Shown: in pieces, positions 51,016 to 64,000 of the stretch
Position numbering within the stretch: position 1 is the first letter of the stretch
How the letters are laid out: each line of letters opens with the position of its first letter
From: Octopus bimaculoides
Taxonomy: Eukaryota
Direction of reading: 5' to 3'
Length of the DNA stretch: 64,000 nt
Assembly: GCF_001194135.2 (NCBI RefSeq)
Contig: NC_068987.1
Coordinates: 1,081,351 to 1,145,350, forward strand
The notes under the pieces: model-generated
What the model was told of the DNA's origin: nothing
The model's input: only the letters and a program-made list of their open reading frames with translations
Databases searched by the model: none
Program-made: the position numbers and the translations under genes

Positions 51016-52656
51016 GTACACATCGTTTATCCATTTTAATATAAGACTTCATTTAATTACATCAGGAATTTCACATCTTGAGCCACGTTTTATCATAGTA
51101 TTTAGACTCTTACCGTCTCCCCCTCCTCCTCCTACTGCTGCTGCTGCCGCTACTGCTGCCGTTGTTGTTGCTGCTGTTACTATCAATACAATAATTCCGT
51201 TTAGTTCTACACAATTATCGCCGTCGTCACCATAATCCTCATCACCACGATCATCCACACCATAATCACCATCATCATCACCACCATCATCGTCACCACC
51301 ACCATATGGCTACATTATCCACTGTGTCTGTTTTTCTCCCGAGGTAATTCGTTCCGACGTCTCAAAACCTTCAATTATTTTTAAAACTCTTAACTTTATC
51401 CTTAAAATCATATTAGCTTTAAGCATCGACTTGTATTTTATCGTTTGATTGATACCATTCACATACAGCCTTTATTTTTGCAAGACTTTTTTCAGGGAGA
51501 ATGATGAAAACCTATTATATTTTGTCTAAGGTTCACTAATTTTGGAGAGAGTAAACGAAAGAGAACCCCAGCACCATTCGTTATTTTTGTTGTTATTTAA
51601 TCCTAGGTTAATCCCTATTTGTCAGACCTATGATAAGAAGAATTCAAGACTTGTTCATCTTCTATTCTAGGCCTATATTATATATTGTACTCTTTCCAAA
51701 CTTAAGTAGGTGTTATTTAATGAAAGATAGGTCGGAGTGCTACTTCTAGTAGATAGAGAGGTCTCAAATTTGCCCCTTTATCTCGATGTCTAATGGTTTG
51801 GTATTGTAAGCAGCAAATGTGTTTACTGTGTGTGGTGTTAAACTGGGTGACGACATAAGCCCGTCTTTCTATAAAAAGACGCCATGCAATGAACTAACTT
51901 GCTGGAATTAAACCATAAAATTGGATAAAAAACACAATATTGGAGAGAATATTCCAGACACAGGCCAGTTTACCACAGAGTCACTTGTCCAAAAACAAGT
52001 GGAAAAATTTTCCAAACTAATTGAATTTTTCTGAGGTTGCCATAAGCATCAGCAGAATCGAAGTTGGATACGCTAATGTTTGGTAATGGTTTCTCTTGTC
52101 GACCGTTTTCGTTCCATCATTTCAAGAACAATGATTGTCAAGGAGACTCGGCCAAATATAGGTATTAAGCATTAAAAAAAAAACAAAAAAACTTACCACT
52201 CACAGAATAAACATAACAAAAAAAGAAAAAGGTAAATGTTATACGATACCTACGGTAAGACTATACTTATACGAGTGCATTCAGATTATATATAGTCACA
52301 CATACAGACACATTCCACACACACACACACATAAACAGACACACACAAACACACATGCACACACCTATATATAAGTATATATATACGTATATAGATGGAT
52401 ATGTAGCTATCTATTTATCTCTTTATACAAGTATACATATATATCTACATACACACAAGTATGTATAAACAAATACATGCATATGCTCACAGACACGCAC
52501 GCACGTATACGCACGTACGTATCTATATGAGAGTGTGTGTGTGAATGTGTGTGTGTGATATGTTTGTATGCTTATTGAGACAAAAATAAGCTTCGCGAAC
52601 TATTGTATGCAACCCTTCATTTCGAGCTGTAAACTACCATATTTACTATTGTGTGA

Positions 52657-52697
<41 letters not shown>

Positions 52698-53275
52698 NNN
52701 NNNNNNNNNNNNNNNNNNNNNNNNNNNNNNNNNNNNNNNNNNNNNNNNNNNNNNNNNNNNNNNNNNNNNNNNNNNNNNNNNNNNNNNNNNNNNNNNNNNN
52801 NNNNNNNNNNNNNNNNNNNNNNNNNNNNNNNNNNNNNNNNNNNNNNNNNNNNNNNNNNNNNNNNNNNNNNNNNNNNNNNNNNNNNNNNNNNNNNNNNNNN
52901 NNNNNNNNNNNNNNNNNNNNNNNNNNNNNNNNNNNNNNNNNNNNNNNNNNNNNNNNNNNNNNNNNNNNNNNNNNNNNNNNNNNNNNNNNNNNNNNNNNNN
53001 NNNNNNNNNNNNNNNNNNNNNNNNNNNNNNNNNNNNNNNNNNNNNNNNNNNNNNNNNNNNNNNNNNNNNNNNNNNNNNNNNNNNNNNNNNNNNNNNNNNN
53101 NNNNNNNNNNNNNNNNNNNNNNNNNNNNNNNNNNNNNNNNNNNNNNNNNNNNNNNNNNNNNNNNNNNNNNNNNNNNNNNNNNNNNNNNNNNNNNNNNNNN
53201 NNNNNNNNNNNNNNNNNNNNNNNNNNNNNNNNNNNNNNNNNNNNNNNNNNNNNNNNNNNNNNNNNNNNNNNNNNN

Positions 53276-53341
<66 letters not shown>

Positions 53342-53634
53342 AAGTACAGAGACTATGAAGGAGAAAAACTTGATCATAATTTGAGTTCTCTGTCATTTGA
53401 ATTTCCACAAATCACGCACAAGCGCATACAGAAATACGCAAATATACACACATATGCATATAGTGCATACATATACATACATATACATACATTCATGCAT
53501 ATATATATATGTATGTGTGTATGTGTGTGTGCGCGCGCAGACCTGGTCTTAGATATACGCACGTAACGAGACATAAAAGAACATATATTTGTACACAATA
53601 ATTGAATATAAAAGCAAATTAAAAACTTACTCTG

Positions 53635-53673
<39 letters not shown>

Positions 53674-53959
53674 CTATACACACATCCACGTGATACATGC
53701 ATGCATTTGAGAGTATCAATGAATTTTTATATGAAAAAAGTTTGTATGTTATTACAGATATATANNNNNNNNNNNNNNNNNNNNNNNNNNNNNNNNNNNN
53801 NNNNNNNNNNNNNNNNNNNNNNNNNNNNNNNNNNNNNNNNNNNNNNNNNNNNNNNNNNNNNNNNNNNNNNNNNNNNNNNNNNNNNNNNNNNNNNNNNNNN
53901 NNNNNNNNNNNNNNNNNNNNNNNNNNNNNNNNNNNNNNNNNNNNNNNNNNNNNNNNNNN

Positions 53960-54022
<63 letters not shown>

Positions 54023-55109
54023 ATATGTATGTACGTCATGATAGTCATTATATATACACCAGCACACACCCTCAATGTCAAACCATCCATTCCTATAAGT
54101 ATGTATTCTCCGCTAAAACACAATTATCTTTCTAATTACTTTAATATCCTGCATCTTTAATCTTTCCGTGAGGCAAATCTCTGAAGAATTGCGGTGCATC
54201 ATTCTATTGTCATCTGAGCTGACCAGTTTTATTAAAACAGGGAGTAGTTTTGCCGTAAAACAGGGAGTTATTAATTGTTATGTGCAACATCTGGTTTGGA
54301 GCTGTGAAAATAACACAGATCCATTCTATAAAAAAAAGATCTTCACTGCGTAATGATGCAGAGATCTGAGTTCGATTCCTCTTTGCGTTACTTCGAGAAA
54401 GTAATCCTTTTATAATTGACCATAGACCTAAGTTCAATACGCTAAATAATGTCGACGGAAAATGCCTTTAACTGTTTCGATGGTAATCGGCCGCTCGGTT
54501 AATGAACGCCGACTGGTCATTAAATGTCTTTGGAGGAATACATCCTGATAGAAATATTTGAGCCTTCTCTCAAGTCTTAGGACAATTACCTGTTACCTAT
54601 TGAGATCCCCTAAAGAGCCACAAACGCGTCTGAGAATCCGATAGGTGGCAGCATGGGTACGTATAGTGTTTGTAGACCTTTTTGCAATGCTCTTAGACTT
54701 ATGTCATTTATGAAGCATAAGCTCGGATCTCAGTAATAATCGTTATGTGGTGGATCGCAGTAATAACCATTGTGTGGCGACATAGCGTGACAAAATAAAA
54801 CACTGCTACCTGTCAGAATGATTCTGAATGACAGGTCTAACCTTGTCACAGGCAACATCACTATGATTCTGCATGTATGCAGAATACTCAGCCACTTGCC
54901 GTAAAATGTAGTGGATTAGACTCGTAACTCATGATGTAATGCTCAATCTAAACTAAGATAATGTTAATACAAATGTGTAAGATTATTCAGTCCTATATGG
55001 TGGAGTACAAGGTGGCCTGTGCAACTAATTTAAAGGATCCACTCTAGAGACACACAAGGTCTGCCCCTGTAATTTAAATGCATGCATATATTAGTTAATT
55101 AAACCATAA

Positions 55110-55525
55110 TTAAACGACGAAATAGTTAAAAATAATTACCATTCCTAAATACTTCGGTTGACGAAATAACTCATTCGCAAATATTTTGGTCGCAATTTCG
55201 AAAGGCATGCCCCTCACAACATCATACTTAATGTCATCATAAAATATCGGGCATGTTTGTCTCGTTGGCCTAGTAATGTTGCCGAAATATTTTAAATTAT
55301 TCGACTCGTGATGCGTCCAGATGAAATTAAATATCAAGCGATTTGATGAGAACATGTAAACCAGAACCCAGACTGCATTTCTTTCACTTTCTTGTTATAT
55401 TCAGTGGAGTCCAGCGTGATGGAAGCATTCCAACCAGGTTGTATATGCCTCAGTCTATTTTGCGTCCACCAATCCCAAAGGACCTCAAAATTGGTCTTTC
55501 TCTTCTCACAGAATAAATAAACCAC
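55110..55525 (-). mobile_element. Possible decayed L1/Tx1-like ORF2 fragment (two overlapping frames)
   Basis: SNRLIFNFIW resembles the L1/Tx1 post-RT motif INxLIFxFIW. A host exon ending at the ATG|GTAATT donor near 55140 is not excluded. Confidence 0.3.
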
Positions 55526-56002
55526 ATCTTTATCTCGATGACAACACTACATCGAAGAATATATATACGCTTAAACGCGGAGATGTTTTACCAATTCTTT
55601 CAAAATATGCTAACATTTAAAAGCTTACATCATAGGTTCTGTGATGTTCTTTAGATGTCAAGTTCACCCCGCTCCACGTGCCCACCCCCAATCATCTCTG
55701 ACTTACAACAATCGCAGTAATGTAGGCTAATGCAACATATTCATTTATTTCCATCGAACGGGCGACTCATACGTTCTGCTCTCTCTTCTAGTCTTTGCTG
55801 TTCGTTACAGTCTTTACATTGTTGCTAGCCGATACAGCACACATTGATTACCGATCGATTATTTATCAGATTTCTTTTTATTTCATCCTTTTATATATAT
55901 TTTTTTCGTATTCCTTTTTCTATTTGGGTGTTTTCACAGTCAGTGTGACAATTATAGATATTACACAGATATAATGTTAGCATTTAGCATATTATACATT
56001 CG

Positions 56003-56050
<48 letters not shown>

Positions 56051-57849
56051 CTGTCTTTATGTCTCTGTGTCTCTGTACACACACACACTCACACACACAC
56101 ACATACACGCACACATACATATAAATATATATGTTAAATGCCTAAATACATTTACCTACAAACACAAATGTATGCATGATTATGTATATTTGAACCAACT
56201 TGTGTGTTTGCCATCTAAATAAGAATATAAGGAAGTTTGTGTTTGTGTGTGTGTGTGCGTGTGTGCGTGTGTGCGCGCGTGTGTGTGTATGTTTGTTTGC
56301 GTGTGTGTCTGTGAACTAAAGTGTGAATGAAATCATGAATATATTTAAGTATATGAGAGTGTGTAATTTTTTGTGTGTATGTGAGTGCATGTCAATGTGT
56401 GAATATTTGTGACTGAAGGTGTATGAATGTGTTCGCTTCCTTATATGTAAATGCTTGAATGGGAAATATAAGAACAAATCTACATGTTTGTATATATAGG
56501 AATGTGTGTGTGTGTATGTGGATGTGTCTACATGGGAATATATCTACATGTGAATTGCCATAAATATGTAAATGTCCGTTAAACATTCAATTTGCCTTTA
56601 AAATTCGACCTGCCTCAAACATTAGGTAATATATTAGCAAGAAGCAAACACACACAAACACATATGCACACATACATACACATTTGTATATATAGACACA
56701 CAGACACACACACACATAGTTTTCTACGATTGTGTGATGCATACAATAATAAAATGTTCTTGACAAGCTCAGTTTTGTTCCCAAACTTTATTCATTTTGC
56801 ACTTAGATCATTGTGTAATCTCGGCATGTGCAACATATATATATATATATATATATCTGTGTGTGTATACATGCATACATGCTTATATATACATACATGC
56901 TCATACAAACACACACACAGACATGCATACACAAAAACACACACACACGCATGCATGCACGCTTACACGCACGCATGCACGCTCCCCCTCTCTCTCTTTC
57001 TCACACGCACACACAAGCACACACACACACACACACACTCAAATACGACACACACATATATATGAAGGAGTAGACAAACGTTGAAAACGTAATACCTGGA
57101 TACCTGCGCTGATCGAAAGTATTATTGACCGAAAGACAAAAATGATCGAAGAAATTCTTTTTAGAAAGACAAATTCCTAGAATCATATCATATGTTCATT
57201 GAAACTACGAAAATCTTACTAATTGTCTTAAGATCGATATCAACTTAAGATCGATATCAACTTCCAAAATGAATTTGTTTTCATTTTTCAATATTTTAAA
57301 GTTAGCTGTTATTCTTTTAATAAGAAATTAGATATATTTATATAACATGTATGCTTTAAGAGAAGACGTTCACAAGGATGCAAAGTGGATTCACAACAAA
57401 GATTATGCGAATTCTTTGTTTCTATTTTTGCGTGGTGGAATTGTTTTACGGTGAACAGCACTGTTAATGTTCTTTGGCATAAAAAGTTCATCAGTGTATA
57501 GGAAACCTAACTGTGCATTAAGACGAAACACAATGTTAATGGGTACGTATAGTGTCCCTTCATAGAATTGGATCAAACAATGGAATGGAAATATCGATGT
57601 CAGGCTTTGATGTGATTATTTGTGCCATCATTCTTTTGTACAATTACATTATCACACTTCAAAAAGAACATTTGATAACGGTCAGTCCACTATATTGTAT
57701 TCCATACCGTTTTACTCCGAGGACACAGTTTTTCCGAAATATTACAGAAATCACTGCAACTTATCTGGTGGGTTTGTTTTCATTTGATGAAAAGCATCGG
57801 ATCGATAACCGAAATGAAGATGCGACAAAAAATAAACGGGTGGGGGAAG

Positions 57850-58430
57850 AAGCACATCTGCAACACTTGTACTGAACGACGAACGTACAGTTCTGAGTTA
57901 TTTTTCCATTTCGAGAAACAGAAGTGCAAGAAGCAGAAATGGAAATAATTAGATATTAATGTCAACACAAAACACAGGGAGCAAAGGAGTTTATGAATAG
58001 GTGACAGGAAGTAAATACTGGAACCAGTCTGTGGTAACCCGGATCATAGTAATAGAAGATTCCAGAATGGTGTACTGTTCCCGTTGCTGTCAAACTTGAC
58101 ACTGCCATGAATGGTACGGAGCTGTTGAGAGAAATCAAGGCAGCTTCATTTGTAAATCAGTAGGGACCATAGTTAAGGCACTCACGAGTGACGGCGAGGA
58201 ACATTAGTTTTCGATCATCAACACATCTGCCGTGAATCATGAAATGTTCATGACCTAAATTTCGTTTAAATCTTTACTGAATCGTTACCTTTTCAACAGT
58301 CTTTAGTAGATATGATAAATGGTTCTTCTGTCCACAATAATAAGTCACAAAATAGTTCAGCTGATAGAAGCTGTGCCTGACGGATTCCAAGAAACTTCTC
58401 TGCAATAAAACCTTGAGTTTAGGATGTGTC
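57850..58430 (-). mobile_element. Decayed L1/Tx1-like reverse-transcriptase fragment
   Basis: In the correct order: LGIRQAQLLSAELFCDLLLWTEEP (cf. GxRQGxPLSPxLF..EPL), MNIS*FTADVLMI (cf. ISxYADD), FQYLLPVTYS*TPLLPVFCVDINI*LFPFL (cf. YL..LP..INxxIFxF). Multiple stops and frameshifts. Confidence 0.45.
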
Positions 58431-59592
58431 TCTGACGTTTTAAAGTAATTTTTTCGTTTCCTATTGGCATAAACCCTACAATCGCCCGCTTCTTTTCTAA
58501 GGTCCCTTATACTTTTTGTGTTAAGTTGCGAATGACAATTTTTAATCTAAAAATAGAGAAACAATTTGAAATCACAGGTTACATTTTTGTCTCAATGAAA
58601 GAAATATTTATCCTTTGCCCCCCCCCTTTCTCTCTCTCATGCTCTTTCTTATTCTATCTCCAATGCAATACATCCATGAGTGTGTGTATGTGTATGTAGG
58701 TGTGTGCGAGTATGTGTGTGTGTGTTAAAAGAATGTTTAATATTTTAAAGTGTGTTGAAGAATAACGGAACTTTTGGATGATGAGTTGATTCTGAGAATG
58801 AAGTAAGAATATTTGTGAAGACCAATTTGACTGGTTTTCCAAGTTTCTCCTATTCGTTGCTGCTACAGATATGTATGTATGTACGCATGTTTTATGTATG
58901 TATGTTTACATANNNNNNNNNNNNNNNNNNNNNNNNNNNNNNNNNNNNNNNNNNNNNNNNNNNNNNNNNNNNNNNNNNNNNNNNNNNNNNNNNNNNNNNN
59001 NNNNNNNNNNNNNNNNNNNNNNNNNNNNNNNNNNNNNNNNNNNNNNNNNNNNNNNNNNNNNNNNNNNNNNNNNNNNNNNNNNNNNNNNNNNNNNNNNNNN
59101 NNNNNNNNNNNNNNNNNNNNNNNNNNNNNNNNNNNNNNNNNNNNNNNNNNNNNNNAGTCGTGTGTAATGGTGGAGAAGAAACATTAAGTGACCAGGAATG
59201 AAGATATTGTGCAATACATAAATCTGTATATGTGACGTCATTGAACAGAAAGAGAATTAATTAACAAGGGGGGGGGTGAATCCTCACTTTAAGAGTTCAA
59301 ATGGCATTATCATGTTATTATAACAATACATTGCTGGCCTTAATTAATTTCCTGTGCTAGGAAATGATCTTTTAGTTAAGATAACACTGTGTAATGTTGA
59401 TTGAGCTCAAGTATGTACTTGGAACGGTGTAAGGTAGGGGAATATTGGATAGTAAGGCGGGGTCGTTGTCTATATTGCATTAGTAAGGATATAGAAAAGG
59501 AACTGATTCGAAATATATAGGGTACGCTTTTATCTATATCAATCAATCAGTAAGTCTATCTATGTATGTATGTATGTATGTATGTATGTATC

Positions 59593-59630
<38 letters not shown>

Positions 59631-59867
59631 TTCACTACTTACGTACTTACCAACACACATATATAATAAGCATACACACACATACACACACACACACACA
59701 AATACACATACACTCACACTACACACACACACATTAATATATATCCTTTATGAATGTACTGTATATTTTTATGCACACATATATATGCAACATGTACAGA
59801 TATAAATGTATAATGTCTTTATACATGTTTGTATATGTATGTACTATGTACTTATGTATACATATTA

Positions 59868-59914
<47 letters not shown>

Positions 59915-60160
59915 NNNNNNNNNNNNNNNNNNNNNNNNNNNNNNNNNNNNNNNNNNNNNNNNNNNNNNNNNNNNNNNNNNNNNNNNNNNNNNNNNNNNNN
60001 NNNNNNNNNNNNNNNNNNNNNNNNNNNNNNNNNNNNNNNNNNNNNNNNNNNNNNNNNNNNNNNNNNNNNNNNNNNNNNNNNNNNNNNNNNNNNNNNNNNN
60101 NNNNNNNNNNNNNNNNNNNNNNNTATATACATATATGTATATATGAATGTGTATATATGA

Positions 60161-60213
<53 letters not shown>

Positions 60214-60238
60214 TGTATATATGAATGTGTATATATGA

Positions 60239-60280
<42 letters not shown>

Positions 60281-61684
60281 CAGAATATGGTTCTAATTAT
60301 ACACACAAACACTCTTAGACACAAAACCAGAATACAACGAAGTAAATTTCTATGCTTCACTCCAATAGATTAATTAATTTATGGCATGAAATTAACTGAG
60401 TACGAACAACAGCCAGTTCACAAGGAAAACATGATTTTGCTAACACGGACAGACATTATTTTATATTTGCCATTTTCATTTCTAATGTTTAATGATTTAA
60501 GCCATTTACATATTAGTTATGCTCGGCTGACGAGATCAAGAAATACTCAAGCATGTGTAGAGTTATCACCCTTTCTACAACAGATCTTTCTTTCTCATCA
60601 CTGTATTAACTATTTACTGAAGACGTTTAATTATACTGAAACATCTCCAAAATTATTACCGTTCATGATTGCTCTACCTTTCATGTAATTATTTATCTTC
60701 AAATTTAATTAATTGGGAAATTTGAATGATTTATTTTTTATTTCTAGTCGTCACCATTGAATCTTTTTTCACCACTAGACTGTTAGTCATTACATGAAGT
60801 ATCCTTGGATAATATTAACTATAATTAAATTCTTATCAGATTTCTCAGTGTCTATACAAAAATCCTGGAATAAGTACATTTTATTTTTTAAACCTTAAAA
60901 TATGATGAAATAAAACGCAATTTTACATCCATATCTCCTACTTTAACTTCTCTGAATTTACTAACTTTTCTGTGTCTATCATTCTTTCTCTCCCATTGTG
61001 TGTGTGTGTGTGTGTGAGCGTACGTCTGCCTGCATAGCGTTCCTTTACTTAAATCTTATCATTGAGTAACGTATGCCCACAAAGATATACATACATATAT
61101 ACATATATACATACATCTCCGTCTCACTCCTTCATTCTTTCTCGCCATACTCTCTATGTTATGTTAAATGTAAAGTCAGACTAAACAACCAGCCAAGCAA
61201 CCAACGAACAACCGACAAACCAACTAACAAACAAACAAACCGGCCAGTCAACATTTGCAGCGCTATTGTTATAGATATTTTTCACTAATCTTAAGTTTAG
61301 GTTTTTCATGAGCCCTGGGATTCATATTGCTGGAGTTTAACTCAGGTTCTAAGGCGTAAAGGTGACTGGGATTACAATAGATCGATAGATCTATCAATCG
61401 ATGTATACACACGCACAGNNNNNNNNNNNNNNNNNNNNNNNNNNNNNNNNNNNNNNNNNNNNNNNNNNNNNNNNNNNNNNNNNNNNNNNNNNNNNNNNNN
61501 NNNNNNNNNNNNNNNNNNNNNNNNNNNNNNNNNNNNNNNNNNNNNNNNNNNNNNNNNNNNNNNNNNNNNNNNNNNNNNNNNNNNNNNNNNNNNNNNNNNN
61601 NNNNNNNNNNNNNNNNNNNNNNNNNNNNNNNNNNNNNNNNNNNNNNNNNNNNNNNNNNNNNNNNNNNNNNNNNNNNNNNNNNNN

Positions 61685-61730
<46 letters not shown>

Positions 61731-62219
61731 GTCAGTCTAATAATAGGACATGAAGGTTAGCTAAGAGGTTGGCAAGTAAGAGACAGGTTTAGGAGTGACT
61801 TTGATTTAATTAGTGATTTGATGAAGACGCTCAAATACAAATGAGAATCCCTATCAAATTTTAACGATAAAATGTTCCGTAGCGCATTGATTCCATGGCA
61901 GATCTCATTAATTTTATGCAGTTGATCGAATCACGAGCCGGGCTTTTAGTACAAATGCTGTTTAGGGATATCATACAGGGCAATAAGCTCGCTGTGCTAT
62001 CAAATTATTGCAGTCATTTTGATCAACGTTTCGTTGCTAAATACTCTGCGGCAATATGATTATAATAATGGTGGCTTGGTTTCATAGGATTCAGCAGGAA
62101 AGAAATACAGCAACAAGTCTCTTTTCTCCTTCCTCCCGTCACTTCCTAGTTGTTTGTACACGCACACACACACACCTATATCTATTGATGTGTGAATGCG
62201 AGCCTGTGCGAGTATGTTC

Positions 62220-62259
<40 letters not shown>

Positions 62260-63253
62260 NNNNNNNNNNNNNNNNNNNNNNNNNNNNNNNNNNNNNNNNN
62301 NNNNNNNNNNNNNNNNNNNNNNNNNNNNNNNNNNNNNNNNNNNNNNNNNNNNNNNNNNNNNNNNNNNNNNNNNNNNNNNNNNNNNNNNNNNNNNNNNNNN
62401 NNNNNNNNNNNNNNNNNNNNNNNNNNNNNNNNNNNNNNNNNNNNNNNNNNNNNNNNNNNNNNNNNNNNNNNNNNNNNNNNNNNNNNNNNNNNNNNNNNNN
62501 NNNNNNNNNNNNNNNNNNNNNNNNNNNNNNNNNNNNNNNNNNNNNNNNNNNNNNNNNNNNNNNNNNNNNNNNNNNNNNNNNNNNNNNNNNNNNNNNNNNN
62601 NNNNNNNNNNNNNNNNNNNNNNNNNNNNNNNNNNNNNNNNNNNNNNNNNNNNNNNNNNNNNNNNNNNNNNNNNNNNNNNNNNNNNNNNNNNNNNNNNNNN
62701 NNNNNNNNNNNNNNNNNNNNNNNNNNNNNNNNNNNNNNNNNNNNNNNNNNNNNNNNNNNNNNNNNNNNNNNNNNNNNNNNNNNNNNNNNNNNNNNNNNNN
62801 NNNNNNNNNNNNNNNNNNNNNNNACACACACACACATATATATGTGTATATATATACATTTATATTTAAATATATTTACATACATGCATGAATACATATG
62901 TGATATAATGCATACAAACACACACTCACACACACACACACACACACACATACACACGTATACACACTTGTATATCCATTCAATATATCTGTACATAAAT
63001 GAAAGAATACTTGAGAATGTAACGAGAGGAAATGAAATTGCAAGTCAGAGGATATACATACATACACACACGCACGCGCGTGCACACACATATCTGTGTA
63101 TATATATATGTATATATATATATAGTAATGTTCACCCGAGAACCTGACACAAGAAATAAACGAAACTAAGCCACGACACTAATTTCTCTTCGATACAAAC
63201 ATACACCACACCCTATAACCAGAAATTGTAATTCCTACACACGTGTGTATTAC

Positions 63254-63296
<43 letters not shown>

Positions 63297-63304
63297 GAAG
63301 AGGA

Positions 63305-63574
63305 TGTCACCAACAGAAAACAACATGAAATACAAAAAGCAAATGAGTTAAATACGCAAATAACGAGATAGAAAAATGGACAAGCAATACAAAGAACGAG
63401 CCTTCATTTGATGTCGTCCGTCTATCTACTCCCCATTGATTGCTCGAAGTTGGGAGTAGATAGACAGACGACAACTGGTGAAGAGTTATTCTCTGTATTG
63501 TCCTTTTTTTCTGTCGTTATTTGAGTATTTAACGAATTTGTTTTCGTATTTCATGTTGTTTACTGTTGGTGACA
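63305..63574. repeat. Long inverted repeat (fold-back): arms 63305-63433 and 63452-63574
   Basis: Manual alignment gives about 80% identity (about 24 differences over 129 columns); the innermost 22 bp have one mismatch; 18-nt spacer. Confidence 0.9.
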
Positions 63575-63587
63575 CTTGCCGAAGATG

Positions 63588-63640
63588 TATCGAACCCGGT
63601 ACCATGTGGTTGGGAAGCTTCTTAATCCTCAGCCACGCCT
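63588..63640 (-). mobile_element. CORE-type SINE family B head fragment
   Basis: Reverse complement AGGCGTGGCTGAGGATTAAGAAGCTTCCCAACCACATGGTACCGGGTTCGA matches the family B head. Confidence 0.5.
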
Positions 63641-64000
63641 GGATATAAAATTCATATTTTATATCTTATAATGACTTTATGTTAATGAAATGTACGTAAG
63701 ATGATGTAACTGAATATCTTATAGACCATTGCTCTTCTTTCGCTTTGCATATTTTGTTTTGTATGTTTGTGTGTCTGTGTGTGTTTAAGCGTCTAGGAAT
63801 TGATTTGATTTAAGACCGTGTTGAAAGTAAAGCAATTACAGTATTTTAGCCAATGAATGACAGAAAAAAATTGTTAACTTCACTTAATCAGTAGAACTGT
63901 GTCAGTGACCAGGTCGCAGACAGTGTGACGAAAATTTTGACACCATGTAATAAATGATTAAATGAAAATATCACCTGTGTGTTTTTGAATGAGAGAAAAT

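Noticed and set aside
57552-57875. 107-aa plus-strand ORF with a signal-peptide-like start
   Set aside because: No recognisable domain, and it abuts a decayed LINE on the opposite strand; probably incidental.
58060-58135. LRTIHGSVKFDSNGNST resembles ANF-receptor-type ligand-binding domains
   Set aside because: Short, bounded by stops, and embedded in a region better explained by ordered L1/Tx1 RT motifs.
60124-60270. About 80-bp duplicated TA-rich unit next to a gap
   Set aside because: Likely assembly or slippage artefact at a gap edge.
60386-60688. 100-aa plus-strand ORF
   Set aside because: AT-rich, low-complexity composition with no motif or splice support.
63469-63502. Hammerhead call for CTGGTGA-AGAG..CTCT-GTA-TTGTC
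   Set aside because: Lacks the essential GAAA strand and has A6 changed; kept only as a note within the fold-back finding.

Overview
AT-rich eukaryotic DNA saturated with microsatellites and interrupted by about 28 N-gaps, most flanked by (TA)n or (CA)n. The repeat content and assembly style suggest a cephalopod, probably Octopus (inference). I recognise no protein-coding gene, rRNA, true tRNA or CRISPR array. Nearly all ORFs in the supplied track are translated microsatellites or gaps. Supportable features: (i) about 18 copies or fragments of three tRNA-derived SINE families, three with target-site duplications; (ii) decayed LINE fragments (RTE, L1/Tx1, CR1/Jockey-like, possibly Penelope) and DNA-transposon remnants; (iii) three short repeats, each built around a minimal type-I hammerhead-ribozyme fold of the Penelope type (16842-16876, 21586-21633, 30328-30365); (iv) an 80-nt near-perfect hairpin at 29671-29750 (pre-miRNA or TA-flanked mini-transposon); (v) a 270-bp fold-back at 63305-63574; (vi) a block of about 14 kb (24-38 kb) free of tRNA-SINEs and carrying transcription-factor motif clusters and a few exon-like segments. 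Protein-family calls come from manual translation and recalled motifs, not database searches.
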